From: Eledone cirrhosa
Lineage: Eukaryota
Assembly: GCA_964016885.1 (NCBI GenBank)
Contig: OZ024748.1
Coordinates: 31,558,001-31,622,000 of the forward strand
Reading direction: 5' to 3'
DNA: 64,000 nucleotides
Positions within the stretch are counted from its first letter, which is position 1. Every line of letters starts with the position of its first letter. Shown one piece after another: positions 42,010 to 64,000 of the stretch. The position numbers and the translations under genes are program-made. The notes under the pieces were generated by a model. That model saw only the letters and a list, made by a program, of their open reading frames with translations, made no database searches and was not told the origin of the DNA.

Positions 42010-42058
<49 letters not shown>

Positions 42059-42107
42059 TTATATATATATGTATATATATATGTATATATATATATATAT
42101 GTATATA

Positions 42108-42152
<45 letters not shown>

Positions 42153-42173
42153 GTATATATGTATATATATGTA

Positions 42174-42271
<98 letters not shown>

Positions 42272-42398
42272 TATATATATATATATATATACATTATATA
42301 TATATATATATATATATATACATTATATATATATATATATATATATAAACATATATATATGTATATATATATGTATATGTATATATATGTATATGTAT

Positions 42399-42509
<111 letters not shown>

Positions 42510-42510
42510 G

Positions 42511-42563
<53 letters not shown>

Positions 42564-42570
42564 GGATATG

Positions 42571-42633
<63 letters not shown>

Positions 42634-42634
42634 C

Positions 42635-42667
<33 letters not shown>

Positions 42668-42693
42668 GAATATATATATATATATATTATATA

Positions 42694-42725
<32 letters not shown>

Positions 42726-42785
42726 GATATATATGTATATATATTTATATATATATGTATATATATGTATATATAAATATATATG

Positions 42786-42928
<143 letters not shown>

Positions 42929-43055
42929 TATATACATATATATATATACATTATATATATATATATATATATATATACATTATATATATATATATATATA
43001 TACATATATATATGTATATATATATATATGTATATGTATATATATGTATATGTAT

Positions 43056-43167
<112 letters not shown>

Positions 43168-43168
43168 G

Positions 43169-43294
<126 letters not shown>

Positions 43295-43310
43295 GATATA
43301 TATATATATG

Positions 43311-43390
<80 letters not shown>

Positions 43391-43432
43391 GATATATATG
43401 TATATATATTTATATATATATGTATATATATG

Positions 43433-43558
<126 letters not shown>

Positions 43559-43559
43559 A

Positions 43560-43590
<31 letters not shown>

Positions 43591-43594
43591 GATG

Positions 43595-43644
<50 letters not shown>

Positions 43645-43650
43645 TATAGA

Positions 43651-43694
<44 letters not shown>

Positions 43695-43696
43695 TG

Positions 43697-43746
<50 letters not shown>

Positions 43747-43763
43747 CATATATATATATATAT

Positions 43764-44173
43764 GGAAAGTTATATTTAAATTGTTGGGTTACAACTAGTA
43801 AATATTTATAACTGATATAAAAGCACTCAACAAGTATTTGGAGTATATTTACGATATTAAATAAATGGAAACTATACTTATAAAACCATATTTATTTCAT
43901 TATATATATTTCAGGGATATCATATTAACAATATGTTATGCCTTCTTCAGACAAAATACAATATAGACAGTTTTATAGATAAATAGATTTGACATACCAT
44001 TCAACATCGACTTTTATTGAAAAAGTTGATTTGGCAGTGAAAAAATTGTAAACAGAAAGAAAGAAAGAAGGAAAGAAAGAAAGAAAACGAAGAAAAAGAA
44101 GAAAAAAGAAAAAGAAGAAATGCATGCAACAAAATAGAGAGATGGAAAGATAGATAAAGAGAAGAACTTCATG
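43764..44173 (-). mobile_element. Non-coding 410-bp HHR element, family I (copies 46523-46934, 50041-50455)
   Basis: Three near-identical islands in the same orientation, each preceded by homologous complex (TA)n. Confidence 0.85.
43893..43958 (-). ncRNA. Type-I hammerhead, family I (copies 46652-46717, 50171-50236)
   Basis: UAUUUUGU-CUGAAGA-AGG..CAUAUU-GUU-AAUAUG..CCU-GAAA-UAUAUA-UA^AUGAAAUA. Confidence 0.8.
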
Positions 44174-44189
44174 TATATATATATATATA

Positions 44190-44441
<252 letters not shown>

Positions 44442-44443
44442 TG

Positions 44444-44490
<47 letters not shown>

Positions 44491-44491
44491 G

Positions 44492-44616
<125 letters not shown>

Positions 44617-44635
44617 GTATATTTATATATATATG

Positions 44636-44666
<31 letters not shown>

Positions 44667-44667
44667 G

Positions 44668-44716
<49 letters not shown>

Positions 44717-44776
44717 GTATATATGTATATATATGTATATATATATATATGAATATATATATATATATATATACAC

Positions 44777-44826
<50 letters not shown>

Positions 44827-44933
44827 GTATACATATACATATATATACATATATATATATACATATACATATATATATATATACATATACATATATATAC
44901 ATATACATATACATATATATATATATACATATA

Positions 44934-44985
<52 letters not shown>

Positions 44986-45040
44986 ATATATATATATATA
45001 TATATATATATAATGTATATATATATATATATATATAATG

Positions 45041-45339
<299 letters not shown>

Positions 45340-45340
45340 G

Positions 45341-45405
<65 letters not shown>

Positions 45406-45424
45406 GTATATTTATATATATATG

Positions 45425-45507
<83 letters not shown>

Positions 45508-45526
45508 GTATATATGTATATATATG

Positions 45527-45668
<142 letters not shown>

Positions 45669-45712
45669 TCTATATATATATATACATTATATATATATAT
45701 ATATATATACAT

Positions 45713-45743
<31 letters not shown>

Positions 45744-45814
45744 TATATATATATATATATATATACATATATATATGTATATATATATGTATATGTATAT
45801 ATATGTATATGTAT

Positions 45815-46060
<246 letters not shown>

Positions 46061-46061
46061 C

Positions 46062-46153
<92 letters not shown>

Positions 46154-46197
46154 GATATATATGTATATATATTTATATATATATATGTATATATATG

Positions 46198-46349
<152 letters not shown>

Positions 46350-46353
46350 GATG

Positions 46354-46403
<50 letters not shown>

Positions 46404-46409
46404 TATAGA

Positions 46410-46449
<40 letters not shown>

Positions 46450-46451
46450 TG

Positions 46452-46483
<32 letters not shown>

Positions 46484-47028
46484 AATATATATATATATGT
46501 ATATACATATATATATATATATGGAAAGTTATATTTAAATTGTTGGGTTACAACTAGTAAATATTTATAACTGATATAAAAGCACTCAACAAGTATTTGG
46601 AGTATATTTACGATATTAAATAAATGGAAACTATATTTATAAAACCATATTTATTTCATTATATATATTTCAGGGATATCATATTAACAATATGTTATGC
46701 CTTCTTCAGACAAAATACAATATAGACAGTTTTATAGATAAATAGATTTGACATACCGTTCAACAGCGACTTTTATTTGAAAAAGTTGATTTGGCAGTGA
46801 AAAAATTGTAAACAGAAAGAAAGAAAGAAGGAAAGAAAGAAAGAAAACGAAGAAAAAGAAGAAAAAAGAAAAAAGAAGAAATGCATGCAACAAAATAGAG
46901 AGATGGAAAGATAGATAAAGAGAAGAACTTCATGTATATATACATATATATATATACATATACATATATATATATATACATATACATATATATACATATA
47001 CATATACATATATATATATATACATATA

Positions 47029-47084
<56 letters not shown>

Positions 47085-47183
47085 GTATATATATATATAT
47101 ATATATATAATGTATATATATATATAATGTATATATATATATATAATGTATATATAATGTATATTTATATATATATATATAAT

Positions 47184-47352
<169 letters not shown>

Positions 47353-47356
47353 AATG

Positions 47357-47409
<53 letters not shown>

Positions 47410-47428
47410 GTATATTTAAATATATATG

Positions 47429-47511
<83 letters not shown>

Positions 47512-47548
47512 GTATATATGTATATATATGTATATATATATATATGAA

Positions 47549-47615
<67 letters not shown>

Positions 47616-47720
47616 GTATACATATACATATATATACATATATATATATACATATACATATATATATATACATATACATATATATACATATACATTTACA
47701 TATATATATATATACATATA

Positions 47721-47760
<40 letters not shown>

Positions 47761-47813
47761 GTATATATATATATATATATATATATAATGTATATATATA
47801 TATATATATAATG

Positions 47814-48159
<346 letters not shown>

Positions 48160-48178
48160 GTATATTTATATATATATG

Positions 48179-48259
<81 letters not shown>

Positions 48260-48278
48260 GTATATATGTATATATATG

Positions 48279-48380
<102 letters not shown>

Positions 48381-48385
48381 TATGT

Positions 48386-48934
48386 AGATAAATCTACCAA
48401 GAGTTTACGGTAGTGTCCAATCCGTATGAAGAACTCAATGTATTCCGGATATCATGGAAAGAAGAGATGTAATGAAAAATCACTTTCGGTGAAAGATAAA
48501 CGGTATACAGAGTCAAGATAAAATATTAAACAAATAATGAATAAACAATTCCTTATATTAAACAAAAAAAGTTCATTATTTAACGATCGTTTCTAGGATA
48601 TATATGTGTTAGAATTGGTATGCATATTCAACAGATCTATGTACAAAATTATACAAAATTATACAAATTATCAAGATTAAATATACATACCAAACACATA
48701 TATACGCCGTCTTCAGAAATAATTATTCATTATTTCTGAAGACGGCGTATATATGTGTTTGGTATGTATATTTAATCTTGATAATTTGTATAATTTTGTA
48801 TAATTTTGTACATAGATCTGTTGAATATGCATACCAATTCTAACACATATATATCCTAGAAACGATCGTTAAATAATGAACTTTTTTTGTTTAATATAAG
48901 GAATTGTTTATTCATTATTTGTTTAATATTTTAT
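48386..48934. repeat. Fold-back of family D: 206-bp arms (48518-48723 / 48729-48934)
   Basis: Near-perfect palindrome; both arms share variants absent from the other D copies. Confidence 0.92.
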
Positions 48935-49035
48935 ACATATATATATATATATATATATACATTATATATATATATATATATATATACATATATATATGTA
49001 TATATATATGTATATGTATATATATGTATATGTAT

Positions 49036-49157
<122 letters not shown>

Positions 49158-49158
49158 G

Positions 49159-49289
<131 letters not shown>

Positions 49290-49290
49290 C

Positions 49291-49323
<33 letters not shown>

Positions 49324-49330
49324 GTATATG

Positions 49331-49731
49331 TAGGAGGTGAGTTTTATTGTAGTACAATAAAGCAATGCAGATATCGGATAAGAAGCACTCTACAGTTTGT
49401 GGGACTGGAGTATGCATAATATAAGATCAAAAGATGGTTAAAGGAGTTCAATATATTTTATTATGCGCATTTCAAAAACAAACATCATCAAACAATAATA
49501 TTTGTGTTTTCATCAGATAAAACAGGAGAACATGATATGAAGGCTAAAAAAACACTTGTTGATAGTTGATTTAAAACTGCACTATCAACAAGTGTTTTTT
49601 TAGCCTTCATATCATGTTCTCCTGTTTTATCTGATGAAAACACAAATATTATTGTTTGATGATGTTTGTTTTTGAAATGCGCATAATAAAATATATTGAA
49701 CTCCTTTAACCATCTTTTGATCTTATATTAT
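49331..49731. repeat. Fold-back HHR element, family J: 151-bp arms (49416-49566 / 49581-49731)
   Basis: Direct reverse-complement match, 14-nt spacer. Confidence 0.92.
49625..49691 (+). ncRNA. Type-I hammerhead, family J (mirror copy 49456-49522 -)
   Basis: UUUUAU-CUGAUGA-AAA..CAAAUAU..AUGUUUG..UUU-GAAA-UGCGCA-UA^AUAAAA. Confidence 0.75.
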
Positions 49732-49754
49732 ATATATGTATATATATATATATA

Positions 49755-49786
<32 letters not shown>

Positions 49787-49830
49787 GATATATATGTATA
49801 TACATTTATATATATATATGTATATATATG

Positions 49831-49866
<36 letters not shown>

Positions 49867-49879
49867 TTATATATATATG

Positions 49880-49937
<58 letters not shown>

Positions 49938-49943
49938 TATAGA

Positions 49944-50021
<78 letters not shown>

Positions 50022-50455
50022 GTATATATATAATATATATGGAAAGTTATATTTAAATTGTTGGGTTACAACTAGTAAATATTTATAACTGATATAAAAG
50101 CACTCAACAAGTATTTGGAGTATATTTACGATATTAAATAAATGGAAACTATAATTTATAAAACCATATTTATTTCATTATATATATTTCAGGGATATCA
50201 TATTAACAATATGTTATGCCTTCTTCAGACAAAATATAATATAGACAGTTTTATAGATAAATAGATTTGACATACCGTTCAACATCGACTTTTATTTGAA
50301 AAAGTTGATTTGGCAGTGAAAAAATTGTAAACAGAAAGAAAGAAAGAAGGAAAGAAAGAAAGAAAGAAAACGAAGAAAAAGAAGAAAAAGAAAAAAGAAG
50401 AAATGCATGCAACAAAATAGAGAGATGGAAGATAGATAAAGAGAAGAACTTCATG

Positions 50456-50594
<139 letters not shown>

Positions 50595-50606
50595 GCATAT
50601 ATATAT

Positions 50607-50728
<122 letters not shown>

Positions 50729-50741
50729 AGATATATATATG

Positions 50742-50876
<135 letters not shown>

Positions 50877-50885
50877 GTATATACA

Positions 50886-53800
50886 TATATTGTTATACTT
50901 TGGGAGGGTCATGTTGCCAATAAGAAACACACGCACCAGTTGCTTTCACTTCAATTTATTATATATTTATATTTTTATAAATCTACAAACTTATAAATTA
51001 TAAATTTCTGGTTGGTTGGTTGGTTCCACAACCAGATAGTTGTTTATATATATAGTCATAGTCCTTTCGTCACACACTCTGTGACCTCTTCAGTGACTGG
51101 GGATCCCTTTCTTCATTTCTGTGCCTTTCCTTTCTTCTATCCTACGCCATTTTGTTTCTGTGTGTGTGTTGTGTGCTCAGTTTGCGCATGCGCCACATCC
51201 GGGTGTCTGTGTGTGTGTGTTCACTTTTCTATTTTTCTATTTGTTTATTTATTTATTTATTTATTGTTGGTTGGCTGTTTGTTCTATGTGTGTGTGTGTT
51301 TTCATTTTGTCCTGTGTGTGTTTTCATTTTGTGTGTGTTTTCAATTGTAAGTTGTTTTGTTCTATGTGTGTGTGTGTTTCATTTTGTCCTTAATTGTAAG
51401 TTGTGATGTTGTTGTTCCACTCATATTTTCTATTTAATTTTGGTTTTAATTCTTTTATGCTTACTGCCTCTGTAATTTGCCTAAACATTGCGTCTTTTCT
51501 GTGTGTGGATTCTATTTTTATTTCTATGCTCTCTAATCTACCCCTGTGTTCTATCTTAGCATGTTGGTAGAGCACAGATGATTCTTTATTATCTTGGAGG
51601 TCTCGCCAGTGTTCATTTATTCGTTCCCCTATACTACGAGCTGTCTCACCTATGTACACTATATTTTTGTTTCTACATTGTCCTTTAGTACATCTTATGC
51701 TATACACTACATTTCTAGTTTTACAGTTAATATGGGGGCTTATTTTACAGGTTATACATTTCTTATCTATACATGAGGGTCTTTGGAACGGGTATGTCTT
51801 GCTAATAAGTGTTTTTTACGGAGGTACCAGGTCTTTCTACTATCTTAATATTGAGATTATGTTTATTTAGGGCCCTTCTAAATTTGTAGGCTAGTTCGCG
51901 CCTAGTTGTATTGATGAACATTACACTCTGGTATTTATTGCTATCATACCATGAGTTTATTCTATTGGCCTTGTTCCTAGTTCTTTCTATTCTATTCCAA
52001 AATTTGCTCCTATACAAGGGGCAGGTCCCATTTATGTCATTATTTACCATTTTTTCCCATTTGGTTCTGGCTCCTTTATACACTCTGATTCTATCTCTCT
52101 GATTGTAGCCAGAGAACTGCATACGGTGGATGAAGTGTTGTATGTGTCTCTCTAGTTCTTCGGGGTTGCACATGCGGGACACATTTCTCATCACCCGTAC
52201 CAAATCAGCAATCAGTATGTTGACTTTGGTATGGTCCGAAATGGCCGAGTTTCGGTGGATCAGATGTTTGGAAGTCATGGGTTTGGCATAATGGGAATGG
52301 AGGATTTGTTTTTGGTTGTTAATGGTATCTAACCAGAGCTCTGTGTCTAGTACAGGTAATCGATGGTTGGGGTGTCTACTTGGGTAGTCTATAGTAACTC
52401 TAATGTCCTACTTCCTCTCCCTGATCATACGCCCCATCATTGAGATGTCCCCAGATGTGTGTGACAGCACGGAGGACCTCCTCAGCAGAATCGGCGCGGG
52501 TAACCGATCTGGGGACCTAACAAACTGCATAATAGGCAGTATGGATGTTGTGTCCCTGTATCCATCTATTGACGTGGATTTTGCTGTGGAGAAATGCGTA
52601 GAAATGATCAGCGAGAGCAAGGTTGAGTTCTGTGGGATTGATACCAGTGAGCTGGGACTTCTACTTAAGCTTACCCATAGTAATAGTTACCTAGACACTT
52701 ATGACCTTAGCAACCTGTGCCCTACAAGACCAGCAAGAGGCAGACCACCTACCATTACCTCAATGGCCAAGAAAACCCACACAGATAGATGGAACGGGTG
52801 GACCAGAGCCATACGGACACCCAAAAACCACGATGAACTGAAGAAAATGATTGCACATGCGGTAGGGGCCAGCATAAAATTAACCCTTAAGGAACATATG
52901 TTCAAATTTAATGGTAAAACATATGCCCAAGAGGAAGGAGCAGCCATTGGTGTTAGCATTGCAGGCGACATAGCTAACTTATTCATGGTATGGTGGGACA
53001 GTAGACTTAAACAAAAACTTAATGAACAATTAGAAGACAGCTTAACCCTGATAATGTACTCCCGCTACGTAGATGATATAAACATCGTAGTTAAGACACC
53101 CCCACTAAAGAACAGTCAGGAACTAGATAAAAACACAATGGAAAGCATCCAGCAAATAGCAAACTCCATCCACCAGAGCATTAGAGTTACTATAGACTAC
53201 CCAAGTAGACACCCCAACCATCGATTACCTGTACTAGACACAGAGCTCTGGTTAGATACCATTAACAACCAAAAACAAATCCTCCATTCCTATTATGCCA
53301 AACCCATGACTTCCAAACATCTGATCCACCGAAACTCGGCCATTTCGGACCATACCAAAATCAACATACTGATTGCGGATTTGGTACGGGTGATGAGAAA
53401 TGTGTCCCGCATGTGCAACCCCGAAGAACTAGAGAGACACATACAACACTTCATCCACCGTATGCAGTTCTCTGGCTACAATCAGAGAGATAGAATCAGA
53501 GTGTATAAAGGAGCCAGAACCAAATGGGAAAAAATGGTAAATAATGACATAAATGGGACCTGCCCCTTGTATAGGAGCAAATTTTGGAATAGAATAGAAA
53601 GAACTAGGAACAAGGCCAATAGAATAAACTCATGGTATGATAGCAATAAATACCAGAGTGTAATGTTCATCAATACAACTAGGCGAACTAGCCTACAAAT
53701 TTAGAAGGGCCCTAAATAAACATAATCTCAATATTAAGATAGTAGAAAGACCTGGTACCTCCGTAAAAACACTTATTAGCAAGACATACCCGTTCCAAAG

Positions 53801-54748
53801 ACCCTCATGTATAGATAAGAAATGTATAACCTGTAAAATAAGCCCCCATATTAACTGTAAAACTAGAAATGTAGTGTATAGCATAAGATGTACTAAAGGA
53901 CAATGTAGAAACAAAAATATAGTGTACATTGGTGAGACAGCTCGTAGTATAGGGGAACGAATAAATGAACACTGGCGAGACCTCCAAGATAATAAAGAAT
54001 CATCTGTGCTCTACCAACATGCTAAGATAGAACACAGGGGTAGATTAGAGAGCATAGAAATAAAAATAGAATCCACACACAGAAAAGACGCAATGTTTAG
54101 GCAAATTACAGAGGCAGTAAGCATAAAAGAATTAAAACCAAAATTAAATAGAAAATATGAGTGGAACAGCAACATCACAACTTACAATTAAGGACAAAAT
54201 GAAAACACACACACACATAGAACAAACAACTTACAATTGAAAACACACACAAAATGAAAACACACACAGGACAAAATGAAAACACACACACACATAGAAC
54301 AAACAACCAACCAACAATAAATAAATAAATAAATAAACAAATAGAAAAATAGAAAAATGAACACACACACACAGACACCCGGATGTGGCGCATGCGCAAA
54401 CTGAGCACACAACACACACACAGAAACAAAATGGCGTAGGATAGAAGAAAGGAAAGGCACAGAAATGAAGAAAGGGATCCCCAGTCACTGAAGAGGTCAC
54501 AGAGTGTGTGACGAAAGGACTATGACTATATATATAAACAACTATCTGGTTGTGGAACCAACCAACCAACCAGAAATTTATAATTTATAAGTTTGTAGAT
54601 TTATAAATTTATAAATATATAATAAATTGAAGTGAAAGCAACTGGTGCGTGTGTTTCGTATTGGCAACATGACCCTCCCAAAGTATAACAATATCGGTTT
54701 CAACACACGATTTCAGATAAAGAATCTTGCTAAACAAATTCAGAAACG

Positions 54749-54754
<6 letters not shown>
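50886..54754. mobile_element. PLE family A inverted insertion: minus arm 50886-52405, plus arm 52404-54754
   Basis: About 1.5-kb inverted repeat; RT ORF 52403-53704; GIY-YIG ORFs on both strands; both 3' ends run into (TA)n. Confidence 0.93.
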
Positions 54755-54802
<48 letters not shown>

Positions 54803-54821
54803 GTATATTTATATATAAATG

Positions 54822-54889
<68 letters not shown>

Positions 54890-54921
54890 TGTATATATAT
54901 GTATATATGTATATATATATG

Positions 54922-55015
<94 letters not shown>

Positions 55016-55037
55016 CATTATATATATATATATATAC

Positions 55038-55078
<41 letters not shown>

Positions 55079-55153
55079 TATATATATATATATATATATA
55101 TACATATATATATGTATATATATATATGTATATGTATATATATGTATATGTAT

Positions 55154-55303
<150 letters not shown>

Positions 55304-55304
55304 G

Positions 55305-55529
<225 letters not shown>

Positions 55530-55530
55530 A

Positions 55531-55563
<33 letters not shown>

Positions 55564-55574
55564 GTATATATATG

Positions 55575-55702
<128 letters not shown>

Positions 55703-55704
55703 CG

Positions 55705-55841
<137 letters not shown>

Positions 55842-55852
55842 GTATATATATA

Positions 55853-56849
55853 TAAGGGAGAGAATTGGGAGTGTGTAACACTCCACTTATCAAATAGGCA
55901 GTATATGGTTAGCTCAATGTCAGAGGACAGAGCCGTAATACAATTAACAACAAAGAGCGCTTAGAACATAGGTGTGTATGTATAAGTATATATGTGTATG
56001 TATAAGTATACATATACTGTCTCTGGACTAACCCTAATGTTGCGTACATTCTTGTGATGCCGGATTGTTGCTCAATGTTATGATTGTTGCTCAATGTTAT
56101 GATTTTGTGGTTATCCGCTTTGGAAGCTATTTGTTATGCACTGTTGCTGAGTTTTCTTCGCTTTGGAAGCTATTTGTTATGCACTGTTGCTGAACTTTCT
56201 TATATTACATTAAATGGTATGCATGAGAACCTGCTTCACCCGACTGTGTTTTACCACCTGCACTTGCCCGCTTCTGCTCACTAATATGCGCCTCAGTTAT
56301 TTGCCTCTTGATGTTCGTGCTGCTGTATGTGAATTTGCCTGCAACCTTCCCAGCATATGCTCCTGCTTGTGATATGGATACACCTTGTTGACCAGTTAAT
56401 TCTTGCCTGAGTGCTCAACTCTGTGAATGCACGTATGTGTATTGAACTTTGTAGTGTAAACTTTTTCGGATTGCCTAACCGCTCAACTCTATGAATGCAC
56501 ACCTGTGGATTGAACTTTGGAGTGTGAACTTCTGGGACTGTCCAACCTGGGATGTTTCCATTGCATTGTAATGGTCAACTCAATCTATTGCGGACATAGC
56601 ATCTGTTCACGGAAAATCTCATTTGAACACTCTATTGTTGAACTGTGGCTAACTGCAACACCTAAGGCGTTCGTGTCCTGATATATTCCATATATCACCA
56701 TGAGTCAACACTAGTGTCACCTTAGGATTTCTATAATAATATTATTTTACATGCCCTAATAATTACCATCTTGATTACCCTTATTACATTTTTTTACCCC
56801 CAGTTACATCTTTATAAATATACATTACTTGGACTGATATATGTATATA

Positions 56850-56910
<61 letters not shown>

Positions 56911-58098
56911 TTATATATGCGTTTCTTTTATATATATTTTTTATATATATTTTTGTATATATATCTTTGTGTATTTTATGTGTTGTACGTTTATCCTTTG
57001 TTGAACATAGCTTGATAGCTTATGCATTTGCCTGTCTTATCTTTACCCACACCTTCCTTTATGGTGTATATTTTACTCCATTTTCTTTGGTGTATTGTTG
57101 TTCTTTTATTTTTATCTATCTTCTGGTGTATATTTTAATTTACCTTTTATTATATTATTTTATTTTATTTTACTTTATTTTATTTTATTTTATTTTATTT
57201 TATTTTATCATATTTTTTATTTTTTATTATTTATTATTTATTATTTTTTATTATATTTTTTTACTATTTATCTTTCATCGATTTTTTAGCTATTTTTATC
57301 TATTTCTTATTTATTTTTTATCTATCTTTTAGCTATTTTTATCTATTTTTTATCTATTTCTTATCTAATTTTTATTTATTTTTTATCTATTTTTTATCTA
57401 TTTCTCATCTATTTTTATCTACCTCTTATCTATTTTCTATTTTTTATCTATCTCTACCTCTTAACTTGTGCCCATCCGTATATATGTTATTTGTATTAGT
57501 GTATACTGTATGTGTTGCATACGGGTGCTTGTGTGTAGGTGCATGCGGGTGCTCATGCTTATGCATATAATTGTATGTAGCTGTATGTTAACGTAACCCT
57601 GCCCAACTGTGAGTGATAACATCTCTTATTTTTTATTATTTATTTTTTTATTATTTATTTTTTATTTTTTATTTTTTATTTATTATTTATTTATTATCTA
57701 TTATTTTTTATTTTTTATTTATTATTTTTCATTCTTCATTTTTCATTTTTCATTCTTATTTTTATTTTTATTTTTATTTTTATTATTAATAGTATTATTA
57801 TTTTTATTATTATTTTTATTCTTAATCTTATTCTTTTTTTATTCTTTATCTTATTCTTAATTTTATGTTTATTTTATTTTATTTTACTCCTCTTATTTTG
57901 CTCCTTTTACTTTACTCCTTAAACTCCTCCCAACTTATGGTATCCCCACATATATTCTTCTGTTTTGGCTTTGTCAATGCTTGTATACTTTGTATTTACT
58001 CTTTATGCTCTGAAGAGTCCCACTTCTAGTGTGGACGAAACACTGTTAGCAATTAAAGATATACCTATGTTCTAAGCGCTCTTTGTTGTTAATTGTAT
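55853..58098 (+). mobile_element. Non-coding ~2.2-kb HHR element, family L, with a 36-bp inverted repeat (55938-55973 / 58063-58098)
   Basis: ATACAATTAACAACAAAGAGCGCTTAGAACATAGGT and its reverse complement; HHR near the right end; internal (TA)n and T-rich simple repeats. Confidence 0.7.
58006..58051 (+). ncRNA. Type-I hammerhead, family L
   Basis: UGCU-CUGAAGA-GUCC-CAC-UUCUA-GUG-U-GGAC-GAAAC-ACU-GUU^AGCA. Confidence 0.82.
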
Positions 58099-58103
58099 GT
58101 ATA

Positions 58104-59294
58104 TAATATCAAGATAAGCAGAACAAGTAAAATTCAACCAATTTTTCAAAATAAATCAAAATTAATATACAATTAAAATTAATCAAAATTAAAAAATATA
58201 ATATAAATATTTACCTATTCAAATGGCCCTAACTGTACAGTTTCACTTTGCAAAACATTAGATATCACGTAGATATTAATGGAAAAGCAAAGATCATCAG
58301 AGAAGCATTTTCCTATTCTAGGGTTAAAAACCCCAGGAACAACAAAATATATGACCTCACTCCAACTAATACAGGTCTGAAAGGTCGTGAAAGTGACCCA
58401 TAAATATGTTGGTGTATAGTGAAGGCGGGAAATCATAGACTAGCCGTCTATGATCGCTACCAAAAAAGATTTTTAGTAACTAAAAAGAACGACAAGATTT
58501 TTCTCTACATACTGGAGAATATTGAATAAGGTTAATATATATCTGAGGGTACAATGTACCCCCGGAAATATATAGTGTGTCTATGATTTAAGGTGGTTCT
58601 ATGGTAATAATTTGATATACCAGAACTTAATATCAAGATAAGCAGAACAAGTAAAATTCAACCAATTTTACAAAATAAATCAAAATTAATATACAATTAA
58701 AATTAATCAAAATTAAAAAATATAATATAAATATTTACCGATTCAAATGGCCCTAACTGTACAGTTTCACTTTGCAAAACATTAGATATTACGTAGATAT
58801 TAATGGAAAAGCAAAGATCATCAGAGAAGCATTTTCCTATCCTAGGGTTAAAAACCCCAGGAACAACAAAATATATGACCTCACTCCAACTAATACAGGT
58901 CTGAAAGGTCGTGAAAGTGACCCATAAAGACGTTGGTGTATAGTGAAGGAGGGAAATCATAGACTAGCCGTCTATGATCGCTACCAAAAAAGATTTTTAG
59001 TAACTAAATAGAACGACAAGATTTTTCTCTACATACTGGAGAATATTGAATAAGGTTAATATATATCTGAGGGTACAATGTACCCCCGGAAATATATAGT
59101 GTATCTATGATTTAAGGTGGTTCTATGGTAATAATTTGATATACCAGAACTTAATATCAAGATAAGCAGAACAAGTAAAATTCAACCAATTTTTCAAAAT
59201 AAATCAAAATTAATATACAATTAAAATTAATCAAAATTAAAAAATATAATATAAATATTTACCTATTCAAATGGCCCTAACTGTACAGTTTCAC
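58104..59294 (-). repeat. Head-to-tail array of 524-bp non-coding HHR units (family F, about 2.3 units)
   Basis: TAATATCAAGATAAGC at 58104, 58628, 59152. Confidence 0.93.
58227..58304 (-). ncRNA. Type-I hammerhead, family F (copy 58751-58828; partial 59275-59294)
   Basis: UUCU-CUGAUGA-U-CUUUGC...GCAAAG-U-GAAAC-UGUACA-GUU^AGGG; palindrome AACUGUACAGUU. Confidence 0.8.
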
Positions 59295-59295
59295 A

Positions 59296-59439
<144 letters not shown>

Positions 59440-59442
59440 TTG

Positions 59443-60020
<578 letters not shown>

Positions 60021-60041
60021 ATATATATGTATATATATATA

Positions 60042-61921
<1,880 letters not shown>

Positions 61922-61923
61922 TG

Positions 61924-64000
<2,077 letters not shown>

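Overview
Eukaryotic, gene-free repeat region, most likely from an octopod cephalopod (inference from the extreme (TA)n load and the LINE/RTE 3' tails). A large share of the window is interrupted (TA)n microsatellite, and almost every non-(TA)n island is a retroelement: Penelope-like elements (PLEs; RT plus C-terminal GIY-YIG) of two lineages (A: YVDD type; B: YRDD type), two CR1-group LINEs (one with intact ORF1/ORF2), an RTE fragment and a ~287-bp strand-flipping satellite. Main result: manual folding found about 33 type-I hammerhead ribozyme (HHR) motifs in 11 sequence families. Eight families are non-coding (three form head-to-tail arrays of ~500, 524 and 629 bp, i.e. retrozyme-like), most fuse to (TA)n, several form chimeras with each other or with PLE termini, and some appear to carry kilobases of complex (TA)n as cargo. 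Second result: both CR1-group LINEs have an in-frame U_UUU_UUA slippery heptamer in the ORF1/ORF2 overlap, with an AUG-less ORF2 in the -1 frame. All folds and coordinates were read by eye; no database searches were run. Family letters are my own labels.
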